Positions 1 to 8,746 of a stretch of DNA of 64,000 bases are shown piece by piece; position 1 is the stretch's first letter; each line of letters starts with the position of its first letter. The notes beneath the pieces are model-generated. The model had not been told where the DNA came from and did no database searches. It saw only the letters and a program-made list of their open reading frames with translations. Position numbers and translations under genes: made by a program. The stretch comes from Thermoanaerobaculia bacterium (GTDB taxonomy: Bacteria > Acidobacteriota > Thermoanaerobaculia > Gp7-AA8): the NCBI GenBank assembly GCA_017883205.1, contig JADGNZ010000005.1, positions 30,989 through 94,988 of the forward strand. Reading direction: 5' to 3'.

Positions 1-3000
1 TCAGCCGGAAAGGTTCGCCTGCCGAGTAACCCTGCCCGTCTTCCCACAGGATGGTCGTTTCTCCCTGGACGCACTTCACGAGCCTGCGGTAGGAGAGCGT
101 GGCGCCGAGCGAGAGGCGGTAGTAATTACTCTCGTCGGCATAGCGAAGCAGCAAGCCGATCTCGCCGCCGGCGTCCGCGCGCAGGTCGACGGTCAGCCGG
201 TAGTCCGTCCATTCGCTGTCGCCGGCCATCGCATGCGTGCCGGGAAGTTCCGGCTCGTTGCCGCCGCCGACGCCGGAGACCTCCACCAATCCTCCGCTCT
301 CAATTTGCCAGAGGGAAGAACCGCCCGCGTCCGGCGCATCGACGATCGTGAAGCGGCCGAGCGAAGTCTGGTCCAGGAAGCTCTCGAGCAACAGCACAGG
401 GTCTCCCACCATCTCCGACAGCGGTCCGGGAAGCTGTCGCAACTCGATGCGCTGCCGCGTCAAATCGGCGGCGTCGCGCAGCAGCAGGGTGACTGCTTCG
501 TCCTCGGGACGGTTCGCTCCGAGGGAGACATCCGTCAATTTGAGCGTGCCCGGCGCGACACCGGGCGGCACGGTACGCCCCGACTGCGACAACGCCAGCT
601 CGGTCCGCGTGGGATCGATCGGCTCGGGGCTGCGCAGAAGGAAGATCGGCGAGCCGCCGTCGCGATCGACGCGCGTGACCTCCACTTGCGCCGAGTTCTG
701 CCGCGCAGCTGGGCCGAGAACCTTTGTTGCCAGCTCCTCAAACGCTCGCGCCTCTTTCTCGTCCGGCGGCGTGAACGAGGGAGCCACCGACTCGCTTAGC
801 ATCGCGTCCACGGTGGGGTCAGCGGCAAGACTCGCCTTCCACGTCTCGTCCTGGAAGCTGTGCAGGTGATGGAAGAAGTTGGCGTAGAGCGAGGTGGTTA
901 GCTGGTAGCGATAGACCGCCGGCGCCCCGCGGCGGAGATCATCGACGACGACGTCGCTGAAGCTCGCACCGGCCGCCTGGCAGGTATAGAGGCCGATCCG
1001 GCCGCGGTCGTAATCGCTGTCGACCACATCGAACACCGGTTCGCCGTCCAGATAGGCTTTGATGGAGGTGCCGAGAACCTCGACGGTCAACCGGTAGTCG
1101 CGGTTTTTCCGGTACGCGAAGTGATCCTCGGCCAGCAGCGTCGTGACTCCGGACGCCATCTTCACAAGGCGTCGAACCCTGCCATCCAGCGAGAAGCGGT
1201 AACCGCTTCCGAGGCCCTGCTGACGAACGACGAAGCCCACCGCGCCGCCCGTCGCCGACCGGGCGTAAACGCTCACCCGGTAGTCCGTCCACTGCGAAGG
1301 CCGTCCGGGGTCGCCGGCCGGAAGTTGCGATGGGTCGGCAAGCAGAAGCAGCGTACCCGCCCGGTCCGCCCCCGGATCGCCGATGGCGGAGACTTGCTCC
1401 GCGAAGTAACTCGGCGGGTCGCCGGCGTCGCCGACCTGCCAACGGGATGGGCCACCCGATCCGGCGTCATCCACGAACCAGCCGGGAGGAGTGACACCGA
1501 GGGAAGCGCCGGCGAAGGCCTCGTGCAGAAGCAGCGGGACGAGGCGAGCCTCGTGGAGCGTGTCGGGCGCGAGCACGCGATCGGGATCCGATGACGCGAG
1601 GGCACTCGCGTGCACGAAGGTTTGTGGATCGAGCTTGTTCTGCAGGCAAGTAGCTGTGTTGACGAGCGTGACCCAGTGCGTGTCTTTGTCGGAGAGCGTG
1701 AGCGTCTCCGCCTTCCCCCACCGATTGCCGAGGACGAGCAGCCGTCCCAGGGTGTCGCGCGCCGGCTGATTGTTGTTGTCAAAGAGGTAGAGGCCGAGGT
1801 CGCGCTGGTCCATGCGGTACATCTGCTCGACGTAGTCCTCGTTGAACTCCACGCCGAGGTCGTACGCGCGGTAGAACGGCCGGTAGAGGATCGGCTTCTC
1901 GCCCGGCGGCGGCACGGTGGGCGGGTCAGTCTCGTGTACATAGCGGACGAGGTCGTCCAGGCCGCTGTCGAAGTTGTCCGGCGACACCCCGTCGGGCGGC
2001 AGCAGTTTGGTCAATCCTGGAGGGCCTTCGGTGCGGAAGTAGGCGTGCTCCACCGGGGTGACGTCACCCGAGAAACTGATGTTCGCAATCGGGGTCGGAT
2101 GAACCAGCGTCGTCACAGTCAGCCGATAGGTCGTGTTCGGCGCCAGAACCGGCTCTTCGTCGTGCCAGCGCGCGAGCTCCTCCTCGACATGTTGGATCAG
2201 CTCTTCGCGCCGCACGGCCTGACCGGCCTCGGGATCGGGCGTCATGCAGATCATCTGGATACACTGGCCGCTGTCGGCGGTCACCACGACGTCGATGATC
2301 TCCGCTCCCTTCCCGTCGATCTCGTTTCCGATCGGGAAGAACGGACCGTACGCGTGGCCATGTGCGTCGTAGCCGGTCGCGGACGGCCCGGCCGGCCGCG
2401 TGCAGAGGTAACAGACGCTGTGGACCAGCTTTTCGTTGCCGGTGGCGTGGACCTCGACGCGCTTGATCTCCGGCCCCTCGAGGCGGATGGTCTCCGTCGC
2501 CTCCGCGCCTGTGCCGAAGGGTGCATGCGTGGCCACAGCGGCGCCTGCCTCGTTAAAGGCAATGATGCGGAACGGCGGCCGGTGAGTGATGATCAGCTCC
2601 ACCCACGGCGACGTGCAGGGGAGCTCGATGTCGAGTTGGAAGCCGGCGTTGAGGCCGAGCGGCGATACCCCCCAACGCTCCACGCGAGCCTGCGGCAGGA
2701 GCAGACCGTCCGCCCCGAATACGGTGAAGCGCACGTCCCCGTCACTCCAGGGATTGGCCAGCGTACCGGCAGCGTGTCCGCGGACGTCGACGCACGTAGC
2801 AGCGGGGGCACCGAAGGTGAAGACTGCCAGTGCGACCGGAGGGGCTGTTACGGCGGAGGTGGCCGCTGGCGTTGGCTCAGCCGCTGCTGACGCGGCCGGG
2901 TGCGGCGCGGGTGACGGGACTGGTGACGGCACTGGTCCGGGCGCTGGCACAACCGTCGCCGCTGGAGCAAAAAGGATGCGGAACGATCGTTCCGGCTGAG

Positions 3001-6000
3001 TGGGAGTGGGGCGAATGTGAACGCCACGCCGCATCGTCTCCGCGGAGAAACAGAGAACGTTGACCGGTCGGAGCGCTCCCTCGGCCCCCAGCGTCCGCTC
3101 CACGACTGTGGCCGGACCGAATCCCCACGAGAGCGTGAAGGCCGGTGGTCCGGTGTGTGTCCACGGAGACTTCAACGCGGTCCCTGGTTTCAGCTCACCA
3201 AACCCGAAGCATGTTTCCTGGGCCGGCAGGAGCGGGATGCACGGGTAGTCCGGCAGTCCATCGGAAACCCATTCCTCCCATGAGGAGCCGGTGGCGCGGG
3301 TGAAATCGAAGGGTGATTTGGACCAGACCAACAGTTTCGTTTGCCCGGGGCCCGGGCTGGAATCGGGGAGCTTCGGACCCGGCATCCACGAGCCGAAGAG
3401 CGCCGGGATCGTGCCCGTCTTGGGACTCATCGCGACGGTTTGCCAGCTTGCGCCGTCCCAGCGGCTCAGCGCGAGGCTTTCCAACGCATACGTCACAGTT
3501 GCCACCGCGCGGCCAGGAGCGCCGATCTCCTCCGGCATGGCCGGTTGCGGGTTGACGCCGGCCAACGCCTTGTCCTGGACCGAGCGGCCGAACGTCACGG
3601 AAAGGCGCGCGTCGAGAGGAACCAGAGGAATGTGAGGAGGGACCGTGGTGAGATCCGGCAACGTGGGCCCACCGGGGGGCACGGAGAGGAAGCCTTCGCC
3701 ATCGTCCCAGTTCGGCAGCAGGTACTGTCCGCGTGGCAGCAGCCATTTGACCGTGCTCTTGAGAGACTCCACGGCAATCTGCTTCACGGGCAGAGGAAGC
3801 GGCGGCGCAATCATCCGCGGGCCCCACTCGAGCCTGACCGTGGCCCCGATCTTCTTCTTCTTGAACGGCACCTTGATCCCGACGCTGAACGTGCCGAGGA
3901 GGTGGTAGGGCCTGAACAGGTCGGCCGCAATCAGCGCGTCGAGGGAGATCCCTAAGCCGATGCCGAAGGCGCTGAGATCCACGAGGCAATGAATGGAAAG
4001 GTCGCCGTGAAAGTGGATCGGCTTGAAGCTCAGCTTGGCGTTCCCCTCGGCCCACGCCTCGAGGCGGACTCTCAGCGGCCCGAACTTCCAGGCGTGGTTG
4101 TAGCCGTACCACGCCCCGAGGGCGAGCGCATGCGCGTCCAGCATGAAGTAGGCGTTGGCCTCGACGAAGTGGCCGAAGAGAGCGCGGATGCGCAAAGAGC
4201 GCGGCTCGTCCTTGCCGAGCCAGAGATGCCAGGCGGTCGCATCGTGGAAGGCATAGAACGCCTCCATGCTCCCGCCGATCTCGATCAGCTCCCCCCCCTT
4301 GCCGGTCTTGTACTCGGCGTCGAGTCCGATGAGGAGGCTGCCGGCGCGCCCGTCGAGCACGGCCAGCGCGCGGAACTGCCCTTCGTCGTTGGCGTCCTTC
4401 TGTTTCTTCAGGAACGAGGCTGCGCCCTGGAGCATGATGATCGGCCCGGGGATGACGATGGCCAGGAGGAACTTGCCGTAGAAGCTGTAGCCGTTGTCCG
4501 CGAGCGTGCCGAGCGTGATCCCCGCACCGAGGGCGAAGCTTCCCTTCTGTGGGCCCCACTTGTTCTTGAGGTCCGTGATCCCGGGTGTGTCGCGATGGTA
4601 GAAGCTCTTGCTGTGATCGATGGAGAACCACATCTCCTCGGGCTTCTTGTTCGGCTCCATCTGCAGGGCGAAGAGACCGGCGAAGCCGTAGAAACCGAGC
4701 CCCGTGGCGGCCAGCGGGATGCCGGTCGGCAACTCGGCGTCGACGTAGATGGCGAAGAAGTTGTACCGTCCCTGCGGCCCGTTGACCGAGCCGATGACGA
4801 TCGTGCCGTCGATCTCGAGCTCCGGGGTGGCGAGCTGGAGCTTGATGTCGCCGTCGAAGCGGTGAATGGTGTTGGCGCCGTCGGCGATCTCGCGATAGGA
4901 GACGGACCCCTTGAAGTACAGAACATCAGGGATCAACAGCTCGACCCCGGCGCCGTTCAACGTGATCTTCGCCGGACGTCCGTCCTCGTACCATGTGATC
5001 CGCAGCCCCTCGACCGAGGCGCCTTGCGGCAGCCCGTCGACCAAATGGATACCACCGGAGAAGCCGATCCACTTCCCGCCATCGTCTGTACTGCCGAAGC
5101 CAAGCTGCGTGATCTCGATCTTGAAGCCGTAAAAGTCGAAGGTCTTCTGCTCGGGCAGCTTCAACCACCCGCCGTCGAGGTGGACGTGGCCTTTGGAGTC
5201 GATCGAGAGCTCTTTGACGTCGAAGGTGGGCCATGTGAGTCCGCCGAAGAGGGGGGTGAGTTTGCCAGAGAGCCCCATTGTAAAAACGTCGTCGGCGACA
5301 TCGAAGCCGATGGAGTCGAGCTCCATTTCGAGGACATTCGGTTTCGTCAGAGTCTTGAGGCCGTCGGGGCCTGTGCCAGCCAGGGAAACGTGAAAGCTGC
5401 CGTCGACGGCGAGGTTGACCTCGACTTCTGCTGGTTCATCGAAGAACGGAAGAACCATGAGTCCCTTCAGCGACGATTCGACCGGAATGTCCTGCTTGAG
5501 CTCCACCATCAACGACTCGATCGTAAAGGGACAACCAAGGAGTGTTCCGCTGCCGTTGGCGGGCGTCCAGGTGGCGGTCACTTTGCCACTGAAACCGGAC
5601 GAGCCAATCAAGAGATCGGCCAAGATCACCGCGTCTGGCACTCCGTGGACGGCGATCGGACCGGTGAAGTGAAGACTCGCACTGTTGATGGCGACGCCTC
5701 GAAAGCCGGGCTGCGCTCCGGGTGGCGGAGGCTGTTTATCGGAAAGGTACAAGCCAACGCCGGTCACTTCGAGGACGATGCCGCTATTCCCCAGCATTAC
5801 CGCCGGTAGAGATAATGCAGGTTGGCCGATGATGGAGATGTTCCAATCGCCCGCGAGAACGACTTCGGCGCCGGAAACGACGATCTCCGCTGGTTTCGGC
5901 TTGCCTTGCAGATCGAGCTCGGGCACCCATTTGCCAGAGATGTCCTGATGCACGCGGCGAAGCAGCTCGCTCTTTAGACGCAGAGCCGCTTGAAGGTTAA

Positions 6001-6289
6001 ACAGACGGTATTCGAAATCAGGATGCCGCCGGTGCGCAAATGCGACCTCGGTAATTCCATGTTCCGCTAGTAACGCCACACTCACTGAGTCAAGCGCGGG
6101 CAACGGAAAAACAATCTCCCGCAACCAGGCGATCCGGCCTGTCGTTTCGAGCACGGTCTCGTCGTCACGAACGACATCGAATTCCGTGTAGCCGACTTCA
6201 TCGAGCGCAGGATCAAGATCGGCGAACTTAGAAATCAGCTTCCGCGCCCATTTGGGAGACGTCTGTCGTAACGGTGCGAATTCAAACAT
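1..6289 (-). CDS. Giant multidomain protein, 5' portion (>=2096 codons in window; 3' end and stop lie beyond the window start). N-terminal ~360 aa have no recognisable family. The downstream part contains repeated ConA/LamG-like jelly-roll modules (motifs ...QWTDYRVSVYA..., ...SEWTDYRLTVDL...).
   Basis: Not in the supplied ORF track because no in-window stop. Hand translation of the reverse complement from ATG at 6289..6287 gives MFEFAPLRQTSPKWARKLISKFADLDPALDEVGYTEFDVVRDDETVLETTGRIAWLREIVFPLPALD...GLSGKLTPLFGGLTWPTFD for about 360 codons with no stop. The frame was re-checked at ~3358 (SPGPGQTKLLVWSKSPFDFTRAT) and ~298 (SGGLVEVSGVGGGNEPELPGTHAMAGDSEWTDYRLTVDL); both are in phase with the ATG (distances 2931 and 5991, multiples of 3). 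The ATG lies 7 nt after the TGA of the upstream gene (6299), so translation is likely coupled. Every competing ORF in 1-6290 on other frames is Arg/Ala-rich low-complexity. Confidence 0.8.
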   Translation of the reverse strand, partial: MFEFAPLRQTSPKWARKLISKFADLDPALDEVGYTEFDVVRDDETVLETTGRIAWLREIVFPLPALDSVSVALLAEHGITEVAFAHRRHPDFEYRLFNLQAALRLKSELLRRVHQDISGKWVPELDLQGKPKPAEIVVSGAEVVLAGDWNISIIGQPALSLPAVMLGNSGIVLEVTGVGLYLSDKQPPPPGAQPGFRGVAINSASLHFTGPIAVHGVPDAVILADLLIGSSGFSGKVTATWTPANGSGTLLGCPFTIESLMVELKQDIPVESSLKGLMVLPFFDEPAEVEVNLAVDGSFHVSLAGTGPDGLKTLTKPNVLEMELDSIGFDVADDVFTMGLSGKLTPLFGGLTWPTFDVKELSIDSKGHVHLDGGWLKLPEQKTFDFYGFKIEITQLGFGSTDDGGKWIGFSGGIHLVDGLPQGASVEGLRITWYEDGRPAKITLNGAGVELLIPDVLYFKGSVSYREIADGANTIHRFDGDIKLQLATPELEIDGTIVIGSVNGPQGRYNFFAIYVDAELPTGIPLAATGLGFYGFAGLFALQMEPNKKPEEMWFSIDHSKSFYHRDTPGITDLKNKWGPQKGSFALGAGITLGTLADNGYSFYGKFLLAIVIPGPIIMLQGAASFLKKQKDANDEGQFRALAVLDGRAGSLLIGLDAEYKTGKGGELIEIGGSMEAFYAFHDATAWHLWLGKDEPRSLRIRALFGHFVEANAYFMLDAHALALGAWYGYNHAWKFGPLRVRLEAWAEGNAKLSFKPIHFHGDLSIHCLVDLSAFGIGLGISLDALIAADLFRPYHLLGTFSVGIKVPFKKKKIGATVRLEWGPRMIAPPLPLPVKQIAVESLKSTVKWLLPRGQYLLPNWDDGEGFLSVPPGGPTLPDLTTVPPHIPLVPLDARLSVTFGRSVQDKALAGVNPQPAMPEEIGAPGRAVATVTYALESLALSRWDGASWQTVAMSPKTGTIPALFGSWMPGPKLPDSSPGPGQTKLLVWSKSPFDFTRATGSSWEEWVSDGLPDYPCIPLLPAQETCFGFGELKPGTALKSPWTHTGPPAFTLSWGFGPATVVERTLGAEGALRPVNVLCFSAETMRRGVHIRPTPTQPERSFRILFAPAATVVPAPGPVPSPVPSPAPHPAASAAAEPTPAATSAVTAPPVALAVFTFGAPAATCVDVRGHAAGTLANPWSDGDVRFTVFGADGLLLPQARVERWGVSPLGLNAGFQLDIELPCTSPWVELIITHRPPFRIIAFNEAGAAVATHAPFGTGAEATETIRLEGPEIKRVEVHATGNEKLVHSVCYLCTRPAGPSATGYDAHGHAYGPFFPIGNEIDGKGAEIIDVVVTADSGQCIQMICMTPDPEAGQAVRREELIQHVEEELARWHDEEPVLAPNTTYRLTVTTLVHPTPIANISFSGDVTPVEHAYFRTEGPPGLTKLLPPDGVSPDNFDSGLDDLVRYVHETDPPTVPPPGEKPILYRPFYRAYDLGVEFNEDYVEQMYRMDQRDLGLYLFDNNNQPARDTLGRLLVLGNRWGKAETLTLSDKDTHWVTLVNTATCLQNKLDPQTFVHASALASSDPDRVLAPDTLHEARLVPLLLHEAFAGASLGVTPPGWFVDDAGSGGPSRWQVGDAGDPPSYFAEQVSAIGDPGADRAGTLLLLADPSQLPAGDPGRPSQWTDYRVSVYARSATGGAVGFVVRQQGLGSGYRFSLDGRVRRLVKMASGVTTLLAEDHFAYRKNRDYRLTVEVLGTSIKAYLDGEPVFDVVDSDYDRGRIGLYTCQAAGASFSDVVVDDLRRGAPAVYRYQLTTSLYANFFHHLHSFQDETWKASLAADPTVDAMLSESVAPSFTPPDEKEARAFEELATKVLGPAARQNSAQVEVTRVDRDGGSPIFLLRSPEPIDPTRTELALSQSGRTVPPGVAPGTLKLTDVSLGANRPEDEAVTLLLRDAADLTRQRIELRQLPGPLSEMVGDPVLLLESFLDQTSLGRFTIVDAPDAGGSSLWQIESGGLVEVSGVGGGNEPELPGTHAMAGDSEWTDYRLTVDLRADAGGEIGLLLRYADESNYYRLSLGATLSYRRLVKCVQGETTILWEDGQGYSAGEPFRL

Positions 6290-6298
6290 TTGTATGGC

Positions 6299-8746
6299 TC
6301 AAAAATAATCCGCAAATTTTGGGTTGGCGGCGACGCGTGAAATTACACTCTCTGCCAGATTTCTGAAGCCCGGCGCCCTCAGGTGCATCTCATCCCGCCA
6401 TAAATCGGTTGACGCATTTAGACGACGAGCATCGACATAGTCGAATAGTGGGTACTGCGCCTTCAGCGGATTCAATATCGTGCTCACGAAGCCGTCGAGC
6501 AGCGTCTTCAGTCCAATCTTCTCGATGACGCGGCTCGCGATATTCGCCTCGCGGAACCGATTATTGAACCATGGGCCGGCTAGATCTATTTGTCCGTACC
6601 CCGAAAGGGATGTAGGAGTCTCATTAAATAGTGGGTAACAATACGTGTGCATGATGACTGGAATCCCAAGCGAATCTGCCTTCGTTAGAAGCACTTTCAG
6701 GTAATTCGTTACATCGCCATAGCGCGCGCTGAACAATGGCCAATCAAACACTGTATTCAGCAGGTGAGCGGCGGGGGTGTTCGGCAGGACATCGTCAGGA
6801 AAGTTCGCGATGACGCTGTCACCGATTGGTTGCAGAATCAATGGCACGAGCGGGTTCGGAACGGGCCAGACATTGGGAACCTGGGCGAAGGTTCCGACCG
6901 CTTGCAGCAGAGGATCGAGGATTGCGCTCATCGCGGCTTCGCTCAGCTGCGCGTGATTGTGAAGGTACGCATGCCAGCGGTGGTTTTGGAGAAGTACAGC
7001 GAAGGACCGCTTCATGAGCATCTCGGCCAGCGCCATGTCGCTCGTGCTGAGAAATAGTTTTGCCACGAAAGGATCGAAATAGCCGTCCGTAAAATAGGGC
7101 CTGAACAGGTCCAGGGCCGTATCATTGCCGATCCCCGGCTCCGCGAAATCGTTGCCGCCTGCGCTGCAGACGATAAGATCAATCTGATACTCCCTAAGAA
7201 AATCCTCGGTGAAGTTCCACTGTCTGGTTTTCCCCGCTATGGCGAGAAACATCTGGTCGGCTCGGTCGCCGAAGTGTTGAAGTGGGATCCTGTTGTACGC
7301 GATCCCCGGCCGTAGCCGATCCCAAAAGAGTTGGTCAAGCTGCCCGAAGAGGTCGTTGAAGGCGAGGGGATAGTTCAGCCATGAATCGCCCTCCACAAGA
7401 ATATTGAACGTGGTGGCTTTCGGCGGCAGTACATCGCGTTTATAAAAAGATTCGAACGCGGCGATACAACTGAGCCGGTCGCTCTGGCTGAAAATGAGAT
7501 TCGGCTCGAAAAAGGGCGGTACGATTTTCGCCGCCGATACCAGCACACCCAGGTCCTGCTCGCCCGCATTGCCGCGATCCTCGCCGATCACCTCATCCTT
7601 TCGATGCGCTACGAGGTCGTTCACGAACGACTGGTACTGCGGGTAGATCTCGTACTTCGCTTTGTACTCCCACGCGTTAACGTGGTTTGCGTCGACGTGC
7701 AGCCTTGCCTTGTGCGCGTTCGTCGCGACGTCTGTCGAATACAGGCGGTTGCCGTAGGTCTTGCCGGATGTCTGATACCGAAAATTGATCATCGCCCGGC
7801 TGGGCAGCGCCAGCACGCTGAGATCGATGCTCCCGTCGGCTCCTGTTTGTGCCGTACCCATAGGAACGCTTGGAATCAAATCGGCCACGCCGGAAGGCAT
7901 TGGAGCTCCAGCGAGAAGTGTGACCTGAGTATTCGCCAGCGGCTCGTAGCTGAAAGTGACGTTGTTCCAGATCAGAAACCGGGAAAGAAAGTGCACGCTG
8001 ATCGGGCCGCTGATCGCCTTGACCAAGGGGTGTCCCGCATACCTCGTAAGGCCCTTGACCGTCAGAGCGTTGTCGACGAGGTCTTCCGGCGGCACGCTGA
8101 CCTCTGGATCGGGGCCGAACGGGTCGAAAAACGTTTGGAGGGTGAAACGCGCCACCTGATCGTTCGGATCAACCGTGGCTTCACCGAGAGGTGTACCTCG
8201 ACACACGAAGATTGAGGCCGTTCCCCCAATAAACCGCTGCACGAGCGTGCTCTCGAGCATGTCGCGGTTGGGAATTGGTCCCGTGCCGCCACCGTCTGTC
8301 CACGATTCACGCAGTACAGGCAGGCCGAATGTTGCCACCACTTCCTTCACGGCGTTCTCGACAGAAGCGGGACTAAGAGAACCGAGTACAATCCGGTTGG
8401 GACGCAGTCCGCCCGGCGGCTTGACTAGGTCGTCGTAGTCCTTGAGCCACACGCGCAGCACGACGTCGCCGAGCTCGTAGCTGATGAATCCGGATGTGCT
8501 CGCGAATACTGTCGACATCGGAACGATCGGGTCGTCGTGCATCACCTGCGAATTCGCAATGCCAATCTCCAACGGACCGTCCGGATCAGGCGAAGAAGCG
8601 GTTATGACGACGCCCTTCTGTTCGATCTCGCTGTAGTGCACGAGGGGATCTCCGAGCTTCGTGTCTGGCAGGACGACCGGCAAATAGAAATCGGGAAGAA
8701 GCAAGTCGGTGGCTTGCCGCTTGATCCAATCGCCGAAGCGACTCAT
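6299..8746 (-). CDS. 815-aa protein: N-terminal ~430 aa unknown, C-terminal SGNH/GDSL-type hydrolase (esterase/lipase-like) domain
   Basis: Supplied ORF with protein-like composition. SGNH block I 'VEGDSWLNYPLAF' (GDS nucleophile motif) and block III 'VCSAGGNDF' (GxND) are seen directly in the translation. Start overlaps the stop of the upstream 1731-aa gene (ATGA at 8743-8746). No N-terminal signal peptide. Confidence 0.85.
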   Translation of the reverse strand: MSRFGDWIKRQATDLLLPDFYLPVVLPDTKLGDPLVHYSEIEQKGVVITASSPDPDGPLEIGIANSQVMHDDPIVPMSTVFASTSGFISYELGDVVLRVWLKDYDDLVKPPGGLRPNRIVLGSLSPASVENAVKEVVATFGLPVLRESWTDGGGTGPIPNRDMLESTLVQRFIGGTASIFVCRGTPLGEATVDPNDQVARFTLQTFFDPFGPDPEVSVPPEDLVDNALTVKGLTRYAGHPLVKAISGPISVHFLSRFLIWNNVTFSYEPLANTQVTLLAGAPMPSGVADLIPSVPMGTAQTGADGSIDLSVLALPSRAMINFRYQTSGKTYGNRLYSTDVATNAHKARLHVDANHVNAWEYKAKYEIYPQYQSFVNDLVAHRKDEVIGEDRGNAGEQDLGVLVSAAKIVPPFFEPNLIFSQSDRLSCIAAFESFYKRDVLPPKATTFNILVEGDSWLNYPLAFNDLFGQLDQLFWDRLRPGIAYNRIPLQHFGDRADQMFLAIAGKTRQWNFTEDFLREYQIDLIVCSAGGNDFAEPGIGNDTALDLFRPYFTDGYFDPFVAKLFLSTSDMALAEMLMKRSFAVLLQNHRWHAYLHNHAQLSEAAMSAILDPLLQAVGTFAQVPNVWPVPNPLVPLILQPIGDSVIANFPDDVLPNTPAAHLLNTVFDWPLFSARYGDVTNYLKVLLTKADSLGIPVIMHTYCYPLFNETPTSLSGYGQIDLAGPWFNNRFREANIASRVIEKIGLKTLLDGFVSTILNPLKAQYPLFDYVDARRLNASTDLWRDEMHLRAPGFRNLAESVISRVAANPKFADYF

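Noticed and set aside
3195-4631. 478-aa minus-strand ORF, and similar long ORFs 1610..2890(+), 3989..5809(+), 1273..1941(-), as candidate genes in the first 6 kb
   Set aside because: All are Arg/Ala/Gly/Pro-rich low-complexity translations. They are off-frame or antisense relative to the real 6289..1 giant gene, whose frame gives globular-protein-like sequence.
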